DNA of 64,000 nucleotides from Phoronis australis (lineage: Eukaryota > Animalia > Phoronida). The position numbers and the translations under genes are program-made. Where the stretch lies: the NCBI GenBank assembly GCA_002633005.1, contig NMRA01000101.1, positions 620,001 through 684,000 on the forward strand, given 5' to 3'. Each line of letters starts with the position of its first letter. Position 1 is the first letter of the stretch. A model generated the notes under the pieces. That model was given only the letters and a program-made list of their open reading frames with translations. It was not told where the DNA came from and ran no database searches. This document shows positions 1-11,851 of this stretch, in pieces.

Positions 1-1
1 A

Positions 2-560
2 CATAATACTGTACTCCTCAAGACAGCCACAGCATGCGTTAGCAATGGCCATCATCATTCGACGTCCATTAATGTTTTATTCGATGAAGGCGCCCAAACT
101 ATCATTCATCACAACAAATCTTGCCTCCCAGTTACAACTGCGACCCACTCGTAAGGAAAGAATTCAGATGACAACATTCGGCGGTGACCAGCAATCAGTG
201 ACCGATTATGACGTCTCAGAAATTTACGTCTACCCTGAATGGTGAACGCAAATACCAGTGGAAGTATTTGTTGTCCCCCGCCCCACTGCGCCTCTACACA
301 TCGAGATGTCCGACCTCCAAAGCTACACGCACCTCCGAGGGTTACACCTCGCCCACAGTTACCTCCAAAATGGACAATTCACCGTAGATATTCTTATTGG
401 CGCACACAGCTACTGGAGTTTTGTGCAAGACACGGTTATACGCCGTGATGGACCTACTGCCGTCAGTTCCAAACTCGGATATCTACTATCCAGCCCAACT
501 CGTGCTATCCCAAATTCATGTGCAAATGCGTCTGCTGTCATGTTTGTCAGTGCATTGCTA
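2..560 (+). pseudogene. BEL/Pao LTR retrotransposon gag-pol fragment (aspartic protease, DUF1758-like), frameshifted
   Basis: Across frameshifts reads VLLKTATA..INVLFDEGAQ/LSFITTNLASQL..TFG..VDILIGAHSYWSFV..GPTAVSSKLGYLLS. These are the LFDxGSQRSF, DILIG and AxxSKLGWxLS motifs of BEL/Pao protease regions. Confidence 0.85.
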
Positions 561-1790
561 GGCAATGACCATAGCCTCTGTTGGCCCGAACCAGAGGCGA
601 TGCAGCTCCTATAGGCGCTCTGTACGCCGGAAGCGTTTCGGCGAATTATGCCTTGCACCGACTAAACCATCAAAGTCACGTTATTATAAATACCTTTTGC
701 GCATAGAAGAACACCTTAGGAGGTTGTCGATGTGTTTAATTCCTTCCAAATCGAACAAATGCTCTCGTTATGAAACTTTTTCTTCGAGCAGTCCCTATTT
801 CAGTTCCCAAAATCGTGAAATCACCATTTTTATACTGCGCACGCTCCAATTTTTACCGCGCTCGCTAGGTGATGTGACTTCATGACCTCAATCTTTAAAT
901 AGGCCAAAGGTGAGCCATTGCGGTCTTGTCAGTCAAATGTTCGTTTCCAAAATGCCACCACTTATACTTGTCTTTAATTGGCGTTACTTGAAACTGATTG
1001 TATTTCAATGAATTATTGTTTGTATTTGATAAAAATAAATGCTGTTGATATGACATTTAATAGTCTTTGTGCACATATTTGACATTTTAATGTTTAACAA
1101 CACGGCAAATGCACGGCTGGAACTTCAGCATTCAAAGTTCGCCGGTAGGACCGCAACTTCTGACCTTCGGCCTGGTTAAAAAATTCTGATGATGGTGTTT
1201 CAACAGTTTCATGGTCCACGCACGGTCGCATTTTAAGATTTGGTTGGTATAGTCATCTTCGGTTTGGCCTATTAGCTTTTTGATAATATGTCCCTTTGTG
1301 TTCAAACCCGTGTTCCACACGTTCACTGAATAAGTAAAAGAACGTCACCGCATGTAGTTAAATGACGACTGAACCAACAATGGTGAGCCGAAAGGCTCTC
1401 GGTTTCTCAGTCAATTTGATGAATAACGAAAATCATTGTTGGACCTCCCCACCAACATCCTCCATCAGGCCAGTAATTATTTGCACTCGTGGAGGTGCAC
1501 CGCCAGCGGCATTGTGTCAGCAGTTCGCTCGTACGGGCCCAGTGCAGGGAGATTACTGCTTATGCGGCAATCATTCACGCACGCGCAAACACACGCACGC
1601 AAACATATATACATATATGGGCGCATTATGCTATCGTTTGTGTCGGTCCGCCTGTTTGTTCGGGGTCCGCTGCTGTATGACCTCTCATCGCATGCTGTTT
1701 GGCCGTTCATCGCATCCGTCAATTTAATTGATGCCGAATCAAGTGGCCCAGCGAAAATTGTGGAAGAGTTTTTTGCAATTTCATTTCAGT

Positions 1791-4260
1791 GGGGCTATTT
1801 GGAAAATTTACATTAACTAGAGGGCGCGGGTGTACTAGTGGTGATAGATTAACAGCCTCAATTTCGCGAGCCCTTTAAATACATGGTGAAATGGCTGTTA
1901 GGCGTGCTAACTGAATCTGAAATTGTGTGAAAAGGGTGCTTCTATGAGAGAAAGTAAGCACGACCTTATACAAAGGTAAAAATTGTGATTACTTTAACGA
2001 TTATTCCATGTTTATTCTACTGATGCCTGTTAACTGAGATACTCGCCGATGTCGACTTCGCGACGGTCGCTATGGAGTCGGGTTAATCTTTGTTTGTTGT
2101 GATGCGCGTTACGATACTTGACGTAGCACTCGGATGTTTTCGTACATCAAAGCAATATTATTGTTTGGAATGATTTCTAACAGGTTTATCAGTGACAGTT
2201 ACATCAATGAATGCTGAATGTTTAACTCGATATTGGTTAGTGAGATTACAATCCAAGCCCAATGCAATGGCAAAGGGTACGTAAATATCCATGAGACTAT
2301 TTGTTTACTCCCCTATGTCTTCCGGAAATTTATTACACCTTGAAATGAAAATCTATCATGTCTGTTTTCACGTGACCTTTGGTTTTTAGGTTTGAGGGCT
2401 TGTACCGTGCAGAGGAGATATGCATCGTTTCTGCATCGACCCTGAATGGACAAAAATTGGTTTTAAGCAGTTGACTGCAGCTAACCAGCAAGATCTTCCC
2501 ATCCAGTGTAGATCTGTTGTTAAAGCCTACTTTCTTCATCGGAGACAACGAACACGCTTTGTTACTCCTTTCTGTTCCCACAGCATTTCCACACACCATT
2601 AGTGCACAATGTACATGTCAGTGGCCCTGGTGAAATGTGAATCGCATTACGAAGTTACCATAAGACAACGTGTTGTTTGTGTATGAAGAAGAACTGTATC
2701 TGACTGCTACACAAGTCAGCCTCGTTGGCGAGGATGCCCTTTCATAGGCAGTAAATCATGTGTGGACAATAGCTTATTTCCTTTCCTGAAAGAAACATGC
2801 TGGATTGAAGCTAAAGAAGACGTAGTGGCACTCTGGTCTAGTTCAGGGTCAGATTTTGGGCACAAAAGGAGTCAAGTGATATGCTGTTGTGTTTACCTTT
2901 AAGAATCTAATTGAGGCTGAATGAGGTTACCTGTAGGAAATGACATTCAGTGATTGCATCGATTGTCTTATTGTCAGTAGAAAGCCCGTTAATGTTACAC
3001 TTTGATGATCGAATAAATTTTTCATCAACAGGCAAGTTTGTCACTAATTATTGAAACCAGAATATTTCCTCAGTTTTAAAGCCCCACACAGTGCAGTTGT
3101 GCTTATTCTTTATAAAGCTGAAATGATTTGCGATTACGCTTGCGAATTGTCGTTTTCCTGTTGACCTCTAGAAATGTGCAGCGATCAAAATGAAGTATTC
3201 TCTTTGCTTGCATTTGATTTGTTTGCGTGTGTAATTATTTTTAGAGCTTTCTCAAGAAGGCCTTTGAACAATTTTAAGTTTTTTGTTAACTTGTCCACAA
3301 CAAAAGTTCCACATGCAAGAAAAGTATATAAAGTCACAACATTGTTAAAAACAATTGTAATTTTCCCATGCAATGGAGTCCACAATCGGGCATATCAAGA
3401 GCTGAATTTCTAAATTAAGTTCAACACTCTCAGGTTAATGCTGAAAGATTGCTTTTCACTTTGTCCAAAGGTAAAATAGACGGTCAGGCGGCAGGTTTCA
3501 GTCGTTTTCTCTTACCTGTAACAGAATAGTCAGTGAAATATTAACAAATTATAAAAGAAAACACAAGACAAAACTACTTTAGTAAGACAGAACATATTTG
3601 ACGTTTCAACTTCATATTTATAATGTAGAAACTAATAATCTTTGTACCCAAGTCTTATTTAAGATCTGAACTAAATTATGAAACAGGCTAAAAGTGATTT
3701 AACAATGTGTATTTTTCACGACACCTAAAATGTGCATCCCACCTCAACAAGTAAACTTCATTCTAGGTGTCAATTTTTATTTCAGTGCAATGTTATGACG
3801 TTTACTGAATAGCTTATTCATGTTAATTCAGTAACTAATCTGGTAGTTCTGGGGGTGGAGTCCTCCATAAAATAAGGAAACTCACTCGTCTAGAGAATTT
3901 TATTGGACATAGCATAGCTTTGAAGAGAAATTGATGTGAAAAAGTTACCATTGACTTCTGAGCGTCACGTACCATACACCTCTTATATTGGGCGCATTCC
4001 CACCCCTGGAGGACAATATGTGAATATGTGCTGCTAGCCTACCCGGCATCCGAGTCCTGGGTGAGTTTCCGAAAAGAAACACTTAGTTCCAGTGGGGTAA
4101 CTGGTGGGGATAACATCACCGAACGATGTCGATAGAAACTTGATTTACCAAGTTACGTTATGTAGTCTCCCAAAGGGGCTTCGGCTTCCACACACTTTTT
4201 GTCAGTTGGTTGACACTTTTGACCGCAATGCTCCACGAATGTAGTAACCTTATGTAGATA
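1791..4260. mobile_element. Truncated copy of the ISL2EU-type element at 56226-59727
   Basis: Starts GGGGCTATTTGGAAAAT..TGTACTAGTGGTGATAGAT like 56226 and is colinear and clearly similar to 56226-59530. The right end is absent. Confidence 0.85.
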
Positions 4261-4807
4261 TCCTTCCTATGTATGTCCAACTAAGTCTACATTGGGAATA
4301 AATTGGACATATTTTGTTGTTGTTGCATATAAAATGTGAAGAAGTAATGACTTCCCAATATGGCGTCCATCCCGTTTCCTGACACCGGGCCGCGTGTCGC
4401 ATTTCATAGCGTTGATGTACTGAAATACTGAATTTGCCATTGAATCAAACATTTGACTGACTGCTAACCAATTATTCACCAAGCAGGTTTTTGATTGCAC
4501 CAAGGAGAGCGAATTTGGGTTATTTGTCCAAACTCTGTAACTAAACATAAGTTCATGTCCACGTTAACGCTTACTTCGCAGCAGTCTTCTGCCTATTGAC
4601 AATGACCAAAAGATAGCATAACATTGGATCACTGTCTCTTTACCTTATACATACAATTTTACAAACCACCAGCGAGAGGTCTTTACGCTTTTGTATGGAA
4701 AGCCAAAACAGAAAGAATTCCAGGGCACATATTTTCTTTTCACGAATTAATGTTTTCGCAGGATCAAAAAAATATACTCAAAACCAAAATTTATCTTGCC
4801 ATCTAAA

Positions 4808-5177
4808 ATTTACCACGCCAGAACCTATCACGTCAGGACCGTAACTTTATCACGCCAGGACACAGCCACGTGTCAGGGAAATTTCATGCCAGGAGACCAC
4901 GTGACCATCCACAAGCACGCGACCCCTAAAAGTGATGACGTAATGACAATGACTCGCCGACGACAGTCACATTATCGTGACACTGAGGTTAAATTTCTGT
5001 CGGCTCTTCCACGTTTCACAACAACAGCCAATGTCAGTACACTTGGACACACTAGACGAACACGGCTCAGTATTACAGCTGATCGCCATTGTTATGTGGT
5101 CTTCTGGCATGAAATTTTCTCCTGGCAACAAATTCCATGTCCTGGCGTGATAAATTTTGTGTCCTGGCGTGATAAAT
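4808..5177. mobile_element. MITE-like element with inverted arms of ATCACGCCAGGA units
   Basis: Left arm TTTATCACGCCAGGACAC..AAATTTCATGCCAGGAGACCAC is mirrored by GTGGTCTTCTGGCATGAAATTT..GTGTCCTGGCGTGATAAA. Confidence 0.6.
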
Positions 5178-5197
5178 ATAGATTATTATATGGCGAT

Positions 5198-5320
5198 GTC
5201 GTTATCCCCCGTTATCTAGAGCCCGAGTGGATTTTGGAGAATTATCGCCCGAGGGGCGTTAGCCCCGAGGGTGATAATTCTACAAAATCCACGAGGGCTC
5301 TAGATAAGGGGGATAACGAC
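5198..5320. repeat. ~120 bp near-perfect hairpin, probably the end of a non-autonomous (Crypton-like?) element extending to about 6070
   Basis: GTCGTTATCCCCCGTTATCTAGAGCCC..GAGGGGC-GTTA-GCCCCGAG..GGGCTCTAGATAAGGGGGATAACGAC. The flanking TTATTATATGG recurs as TTATTACATGG (about 6019), and TTTATACCAC recurs as its reverse complement GTGGTATAAA (about 6057). Confidence 0.65.
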
Positions 5321-5905
5321 TGAGAACATGTAATAATCTATTTATACCACATACTGAACGAGAAACATTGCAATGAATCGATCTACCTTTCTCGGCTCGC
5401 CTCGACTTTGTAACTACTTTCTATCTTTCTATGTCAGAGGCCCGGGGTCGAAGGTTGTGACCTTTTTTTAAAAGAAAAGCTTAGCTATTTTTGTCAAATA
5501 ATACGTTTACTCAAAACCAATTGAAAATTTAAGCAAAATATAAATAAAGTGAATCTATAAAGTAAGGTTTAGTAACTATTATAGCTTACTACACATTTTA
5601 TCACGTTAAGCTTTGACCGGGAAACATCGTCTGCGAAAGTAGGTTACCAATAGTAACTGAGTATAATGCTCAAGTCAAAGGATCCCGACGACACGATACC
5701 CGCATTCAAATTGGAGAACGGTGATTTACAAGAGGGAGAACACGACAGAAAACATCCACTGAATTAAAATATCGTTTTTATGGAAATTATGCGTCTTATA
5801 TTTCATAGCGTATAAATGTCGGTGCAATGCCCTTTGCTGAACATGCGATTGTTGCGCGTGCTCATTTAAGTATTCTATTTTCACATTCGATGACGTAAGC
5901 CGCTG

Positions 5906-5975
5906 AGTGGTGTAGTGGTAAAGTCGGCGACGTACAACTCTTGAGCCCGGCCCCGGGATCAAATCCGGCCTCGGT
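5906..5975 (+). repeat. Degenerate tRNA-derived segment (SINE-head-like), not a functional tRNA
   Basis: A-box-like GTGGTGTAGTGGTAAAG and B-box-like GGGATCAAATCC; no clean cloverleaf. Confidence 0.45.
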
Positions 5976-7963
5976 TTCCCGCCAAAATGTTATCTCACTA
6001 GTGAGATAACTTTATGGGTTATTACATGGTTGTATCTGCCATTCGAGGCTAATATTGTGGTATAAAGATAACTTTTTCACTTGCAATATGATTCTTGATA
6101 AGTATCTACTTTTTCAAAAACTTTGTTGGTGCTGTTTGCCTAGATTTCAATACATTCACCAGTTGGTGAAAAAAGTTAAATCAATGCTAGGTCCAGTGTT
6201 CAACTTGAGGACAGTAAAAGATGGTACTGGTCAATCAACATCATATTTTGACTAAGTTACAAATGTCTTGAGTTATGTGCTGCAAGTTGTCTTGAGAGAT
6301 ACATGTAGAGCACCCTTTGCAACATTTGTTGTCACACGACGTGTCTTCTGGGATGTTACTGGCTAAGTCCTGTGTGGCATTCTATTGCCCACAAATTTGA
6401 TAATGTCCATTGTTTTTGTCAGACTGGATGTATTTTGTTTATACCAATATTGTTCATGACAACAGCAGAACATGTATGTATATTGTAGGCAATATTTTAT
6501 AGCAGAGAGATTGAAGGTGCATACACTACACAGGGATACGTACACTACACTTCAATGATATGTCATGTTTGTAACTACATACTTAAAATCTACTGAGAGT
6601 TAGTTCATTTACCAAATCTATTTAAAGAGAAAAAATAGAATGTACAGCATGAATATGCATATCTGTCATTCTTTGAAAATGGGCACATGCTAAAATGTAG
6701 GGGTACGTACACTATACAAATGCTAATATTTCAATCAAAACAAAAGTGTTTGTAATAAACACCATTTCATCCTACCATTTTTAAGGAAGGAAACTGTCTG
6801 TGACCATTGTTGCTCACTTACCAAGTAATATTTTAATTTCATGGTTTTTGTCAACATGGGGGTACGTACATTAAACCACTGTTTCTGCATTTCACGGTAA
6901 CATTGTGCTGTATGGCCATTTATTTTGGTTTGGTGACAATAAGTACCATGTTGTTATTTAAAAGGCAATAATTTCATCTGAAATCACCATTTGTGTTACT
7001 GAATTTCACTAGGAGGTACGTACACTACTTTTTGTTCGCCTTTTTGGCCCTTTTTGAACATAGCTGTTAATATCCAAACTTTTAGTTTGTTTAGAAACTA
7101 AATAATTTGCTGTGTTGCCTTGACTAACATATTCTGGTGTTCTTTTTATTATAGAGTGTTAGCTTTACTTTTTAAATTTCATTACGGTAGATGAGGTTTA
7201 GAAACACAGAAATTACAAATTTCGTAACAAGTTCCTGTTTTAGAATGAACTCTNTGGATCCGTGGACTGATACTTAAAAGGCAATAATTTCATCTGAAAT
7301 CACCATTTGCGTTACTGAATTTCACTAGGAGGTACGTACACTACTTTTTGTTCGCCTTTTTGGCCCTTTTTGAACATAGCTGTTAATATCCAAACTTTTA
7401 GTTTGTTTAGAAACTAAATAATTTGCTGTGTTGCCTTGACTAACATATTCTGGTGTTCTTTTTATTATAGAGTGTTAGCTTTACTTTTTAAATTTCATTA
7501 CGGTAGATGAGGTTTAGAAACACAGAAATTACAAATTTCGTAACAAGTTCCTGTTTTAGAATGAACTCTTCCATTTCTCACTGATTAAACACAACTTCAT
7601 CGAAGTGATTCTGAAAGTGACTTGTATTATTCCTAGTCATATCAAAACAATTGCCTTCTTATTAAAATAAATTTCTTTTCTCTACTGCTGACACTTGGAA
7701 ATTGGAATTTCAGTATGGCCACTCGTAGGTCTAAAATGCATGGAATTCAGTGACAAAAATGCATAATTTCTCAAACATTGTCCGATTTTGAGGATTCTTT
7801 TATTTTGCACAACTAAATAACCCTTTGCATATGAGACTCAGTTGGCATTTGGTAAGTGGCCAGAAAATTTTATTTTAGCCCGTAACACACTCGTCTCTCG
7901 AATATGGACCTTGATTATGATTTACCCGTGTACACACACTTCAATTTCGTTTTGGCTCAACAC

Positions 7964-8040
7964 CCTCGCTGGTTCCCTACGTGCCTAGCCAGCACGTGCT
8001 GGCTACTGACCACCTAGCGGCACGCAAGGAACCAGCGAGG
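7964..8040. mobile_element. 77 bp MITE with 13 bp TIR, flanked by an 8 bp direct repeat
   Basis: CTCAACAC|CCTCGCTGGTTCC...GGAACCAGCGAGG|CTCAACAC; internal palindrome TAGCCAGCACGTGCTGGCTA. Confidence 0.7.
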
Positions 8041-9225
8041 CTCAACACCCAACTCAGGTCACGTGACAGCGCACGTGCGTGATAATCTATTTTGGTCTAT
8101 ATACATAGACATCACATGTCTATGTGTCTATATACATGTAAGTTCGTGCCTGTGACCTTATACTAGCACGTGCTAGCAGATACGCACACGATTGTGTTGA
8201 ACTGCTTTCATTGCCACCTCCTGAACTCAGTGAATCTCGCATCATGTCCCTGCCTCGGCGTTCTCTTCGATATGCTGACAATTTCTTCGCTGTTATATGC
8301 TCAGGTAAAAACACAAATGAACTGGTTCCCAGAAGCACTCAAGGGGTAAGTAAAATTTGACAAAGACCTTTCGGATAAAAGACAAGATTCATGGTATGCT
8401 ATGGGTATGGCTCAATCCCTTGTCAAACATCGGAACGTGTCATACATTTGAGAATTTTGCTGTACTAGGCATGTAACAGTGCTCAAAAAGTCCGTATCTC
8501 ATCATCATTAGCAAATACGGAAATGACGATCAAGTATTCCAGCGTGGCGTCGGTCAAATGGCGATCAAAACGGTTTAAGTAGGGCCTAGGCCTACAGCAG
8601 ATTTTGCCAAGAACGGTTCCTACGGTGCCGTCCATCTTGCGTGACGTGAATTTTGAACTCGAGATCAAGATCGAAAGCAAACGTGCCGTGGAGTGTGAAA
8701 ATGTAGATGAAGTCCGTGTAAACGTTTAGAGTTAGGGTACCAGTTGTTTCTGGATCTAATAATGTGAGTTTTATTTCACAAATTAACACACATCACGCGT
8801 GTTAAACATTTTTAAAGTTGGACACTCATCCCGGTAAAATCACCGATCCTAAAACAATATGCTCCCCTTCTCTTTATCCCTGTGTCTATGTTCCCCCGTC
8901 TCTATTTCCCCGTTACGATGTCGGAATTTTATAAAATGGAGGGGCCTTTGCCTCCAATAAATGTCAATAGTGGTCGAACGCAAGCCGACCAGCAGCAGCT
9001 AACAATTCGCGATAACTCAGCTTGCTTTCATTGCATGTCCTCCAACATGGCACACGTCCGGGTACTGATGACGTAGGCAACGTCTACCCTCGGCTGGCTG
9101 TCACTATACTCCCCATCATTTTCTGTATTATTGTTGGTGTCACCAGTAGGTCTAATACCAAGAGTTCCTACAAAATCTGAAGTAATCCCTGCTACATACA
9201 TGTACATATACAAGTAGTCAGTTTA

Positions 9226-10707
9226 CGGTAGCGGATCTACAGGATATCACAAGGGGGGGCCTAACATTTTGTGTGTAAGCATTTGCGCAAACCACGATTG
9301 TAGATGTGCATAGCACCGAATGGGGGGAGGTCGGGAGGGGGGTTAGCTTCCCTCCCGCCCAGGAAAAGTTTTTTGTTTTTTCCTTTAAAAATTAAACATT
9401 TTCCTTGATTCCTGAAGTATTATCCAAGAAAAAAGGCAAATAAACGGATAACGTGTCAAACAGCGAAAAGTAAAAATACCACAGACTCGAACTCACGACC
9501 TTGTGGACAGAGCGCGCGTGCTTTACCACTACATCACAAACAGAGAATTATGAGTTCCTGAGAGATTCACTAAGGCTTCGATTAAAATTCACATCTTACC
9601 AGCAGCTTCTGTTTTTTCATCGTCACTCAGGTTCCGTTTTCTTTAAAGGAGAATGCCACCCGATTTAATTAGTCTTTTTTGCCATCAAATAATGATTGTC
9701 AATGTACCACTTCTGCCCTGACGGTGCTGTGGCCAAAGCGGAACCTGAATTCGTGGCCCCCCGAGGAGTAAGTAAATTTGCAGTTTCGTGGCTAATTCAC
9801 CAACATAATCAGGTGCACATTACTTTGGCTCACTAGTATAGTATTTTCTTGACTGGAAGTTTAGTTTCCACTGAACTTTGGCTGGTTTATGTTCGTGATG
9901 TTTGATCAGTTTCTGAGCCACTGGCCGGGATAACGAGTCAATCCGGCCGGCCGCGACGGGCCTGATCGTGCTCCGAGCCACTGGCCAGGATAACAAGCGT
10001 TTTGTGTTTAGAAATCAAAAAATCACAAGTCTAAACAACACAGATCTAGGTTCTCCTGTCTGTATCTCACTGAAAATACTTCGAAATTATCTCCCAACAG
10101 ACCCCAAACTCCTGCTACGGACCTTGTTGGCTTGCTGAACTTTGTAGGCTACAGTGTGTCCAAATGCCAATAAATCCGTAAGAGCGAAAGAAAACAACAC
10201 GTTTTTATAAGAACTGGGTATATTTTTAAGGGTGTTACATCAAAGTTTGATGATTTATTGGTGTTAAACGATGACTTCAAGCGATAATCTGGACACCAAT
10301 AACCTGTGTTGTGAACTGCTGAACAAACTGCGTGTGAAACCGATGACGTCATTGGGTAATTTCGACACCTCCGTCTGCCGTCAGGTGTCAGGTAACGCAA
10401 CCGGCGTACTTGTCGTTATGGAGTAGAACTACTCGATCTAAATTGATAAAATTAGGTTGTTTTTTGTGTGGCATGCTCCTTTAAAAAATGAAGTAATTTT
10501 CTTCATTGCACAGTGGAGCAGACGACGGAAACTTAGTCGTAGTGCGCAGCGCCACTGCCGGTCGCCTGGGATATCGCGAGAGAGCCTACAAACCCCCCCT
10601 CTCGACCTCCCCCGATTCGGTGCTATACGCATCTACAATCGTGCTTAGCGCAAATGTTTACAGACAAGATGTTGGGCCCCCCTTGTGATATCCTAGATCC
10701 ACCACTG
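9226..10707. mobile_element. hAT-like MITE interrupted by a Kolobok insertion; contains a tRNA-like segment
   Basis: TIR CGGTAGCGGATCTACAGGATATCACAAGGGGGG / CCCCCCTTGTGATATCCTAGATCCACCACTG; TSD not recognisable. Confidence 0.65.
9647..10480 (-). mobile_element. Non-autonomous Kolobok element, TTAA TSD
   Basis: TTAA|AGGAGAATGCCACCCG...GTGTGGCATGCTCCT|TTAA; a reverse-orientation relative of 21650-23364. Confidence 0.85.
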
Positions 10708-10926
10708 AGGATATATGGTGAGTTTTGACTGATGCACAGGGCATTAGGCCTATACAGTGATCTGTTGCAGGAACCTCTACGGTCTCTGGCATGTCTGGTG
10801 TGTGTAACTGCGCGTGCAAGGTGTCACGTGTTGGAGAGGCTATAATGCCTAGGACTGAGCGCGTGCAAGTTGTCAAGTTCTGAGTCAGAGTTGTCTAACG
10901 AAAATAAATGTTTGAAGAACTAATCC

Positions 10927-11245
10927 CAGAGGCGGATTTAGGGGGGGGCCCAGGGGGCCCGGGCCCCCCCCCCCCCTTGGCTGCCGCAAAAAAAATAAAA
11001 CAGCCCGAGCGTAGGGAAATGGTGAGTTTATTAATTAACCCTGCGATATCCAAGACGACCGGCAGTGGCGCTGCGCACTACGACTCCGTTTCCGTCGTCT
11101 GCTCCACTGTGCAATGAAGAAAATTTACTTCATTTTTTAAAGAAAATGGAACCTGAGTGACGATGAAAAAACAGAAGATGCTGGTAAGATGTGAATTTTA
11201 ATCGAAGCCTTAGTGAATCACTCAGAAACTCGCAATACTCTCTTT
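10927..11245 (-). repeat. Related MITE copy that lacks the Kolobok insertion (empty site)
   Basis: 11043-11245 is the reverse complement of 9540-9646 joined to 10481-10578 through a single TTAA (11137-11140). Confidence 0.8.
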
Positions 11246-11299
11246 GTCAAACCTTATCTTAAGACGATTTCCAAAGCAATCCCGTCATTATTGCCAACA

Positions 11300-11851
11300 N
11301 NNNNNNNNNNNNNNNNNNNNNNNNNNNNNNNNNNNNNNNNNNNNNNNNNNNNNNNNNNNNNNNNNNNNNNNNNNNNNNNNNNNNNNNNNNNNNNNNNNNN
11401 NNNNNNNNNNNNNNNNNNNNNNNNNNNNNNNNNNNNNNNNNNNNNNNNNNNNNNNNNNNNNNNNNNNNNNNNNNNNNNNNNNNNNNNNNNNNNNNNNNNN
11501 NNNNNNNNNNNNNNNNNNNNNNNNNNNNNNNNNNNNNNNNNNNNNNNNNNNNNNNNNNNNNNNNNNNNNNNNNNNNNNNNNNNNNNNNNNNNNNNNNNNN
11601 NNNNNNNNNNNNNNNNNNNNNNNNNNNNNNNNNNNNNNNNNNNNNNNNNNNNNNNNNNNNNNNNNNNNNNNNNNNNNNNNNNNNNNNNNNNNNNNNNNNN
11701 NNNNNNNNNNNNNNNNNNNNNNNNNNNNNNNNNNNNNNNNNNNNNNNNNNNNNNNNNNNNNNNNNNNNNNNNNNNNNNNNNNNNNNNNNNNNNNNNNNNN
11801 NNNNNNNNNNNNNNNNNNNNNNNNNNNNNNNNNNNNNNNNNNNNNNNNNNN
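11300..11851. other. Assembly gap
   Basis: Run of N. Confidence 1.

Noticed and set aside
4796-5323. 175 aa ORF
   Set aside because: It runs through a MITE and a palindrome and has no protein features.
6958-7569. ~295 bp near-identical tandem duplication
   Set aside because: The copies straddle a single n at 7254 and differ by about one base, so this is most likely an unmerged contig overlap.
8120-8640. Possible 5' exons of a TE-borne gene (MDGTVGTVLGK..YLNRF)
   Set aside because: Short, contains stops, and no family motif I can support.
5906-9540. Possible tRNA genes at 5906 and 9480
   Set aside because: Only A/B box-like remnants; no consistent acceptor or anticodon stems.
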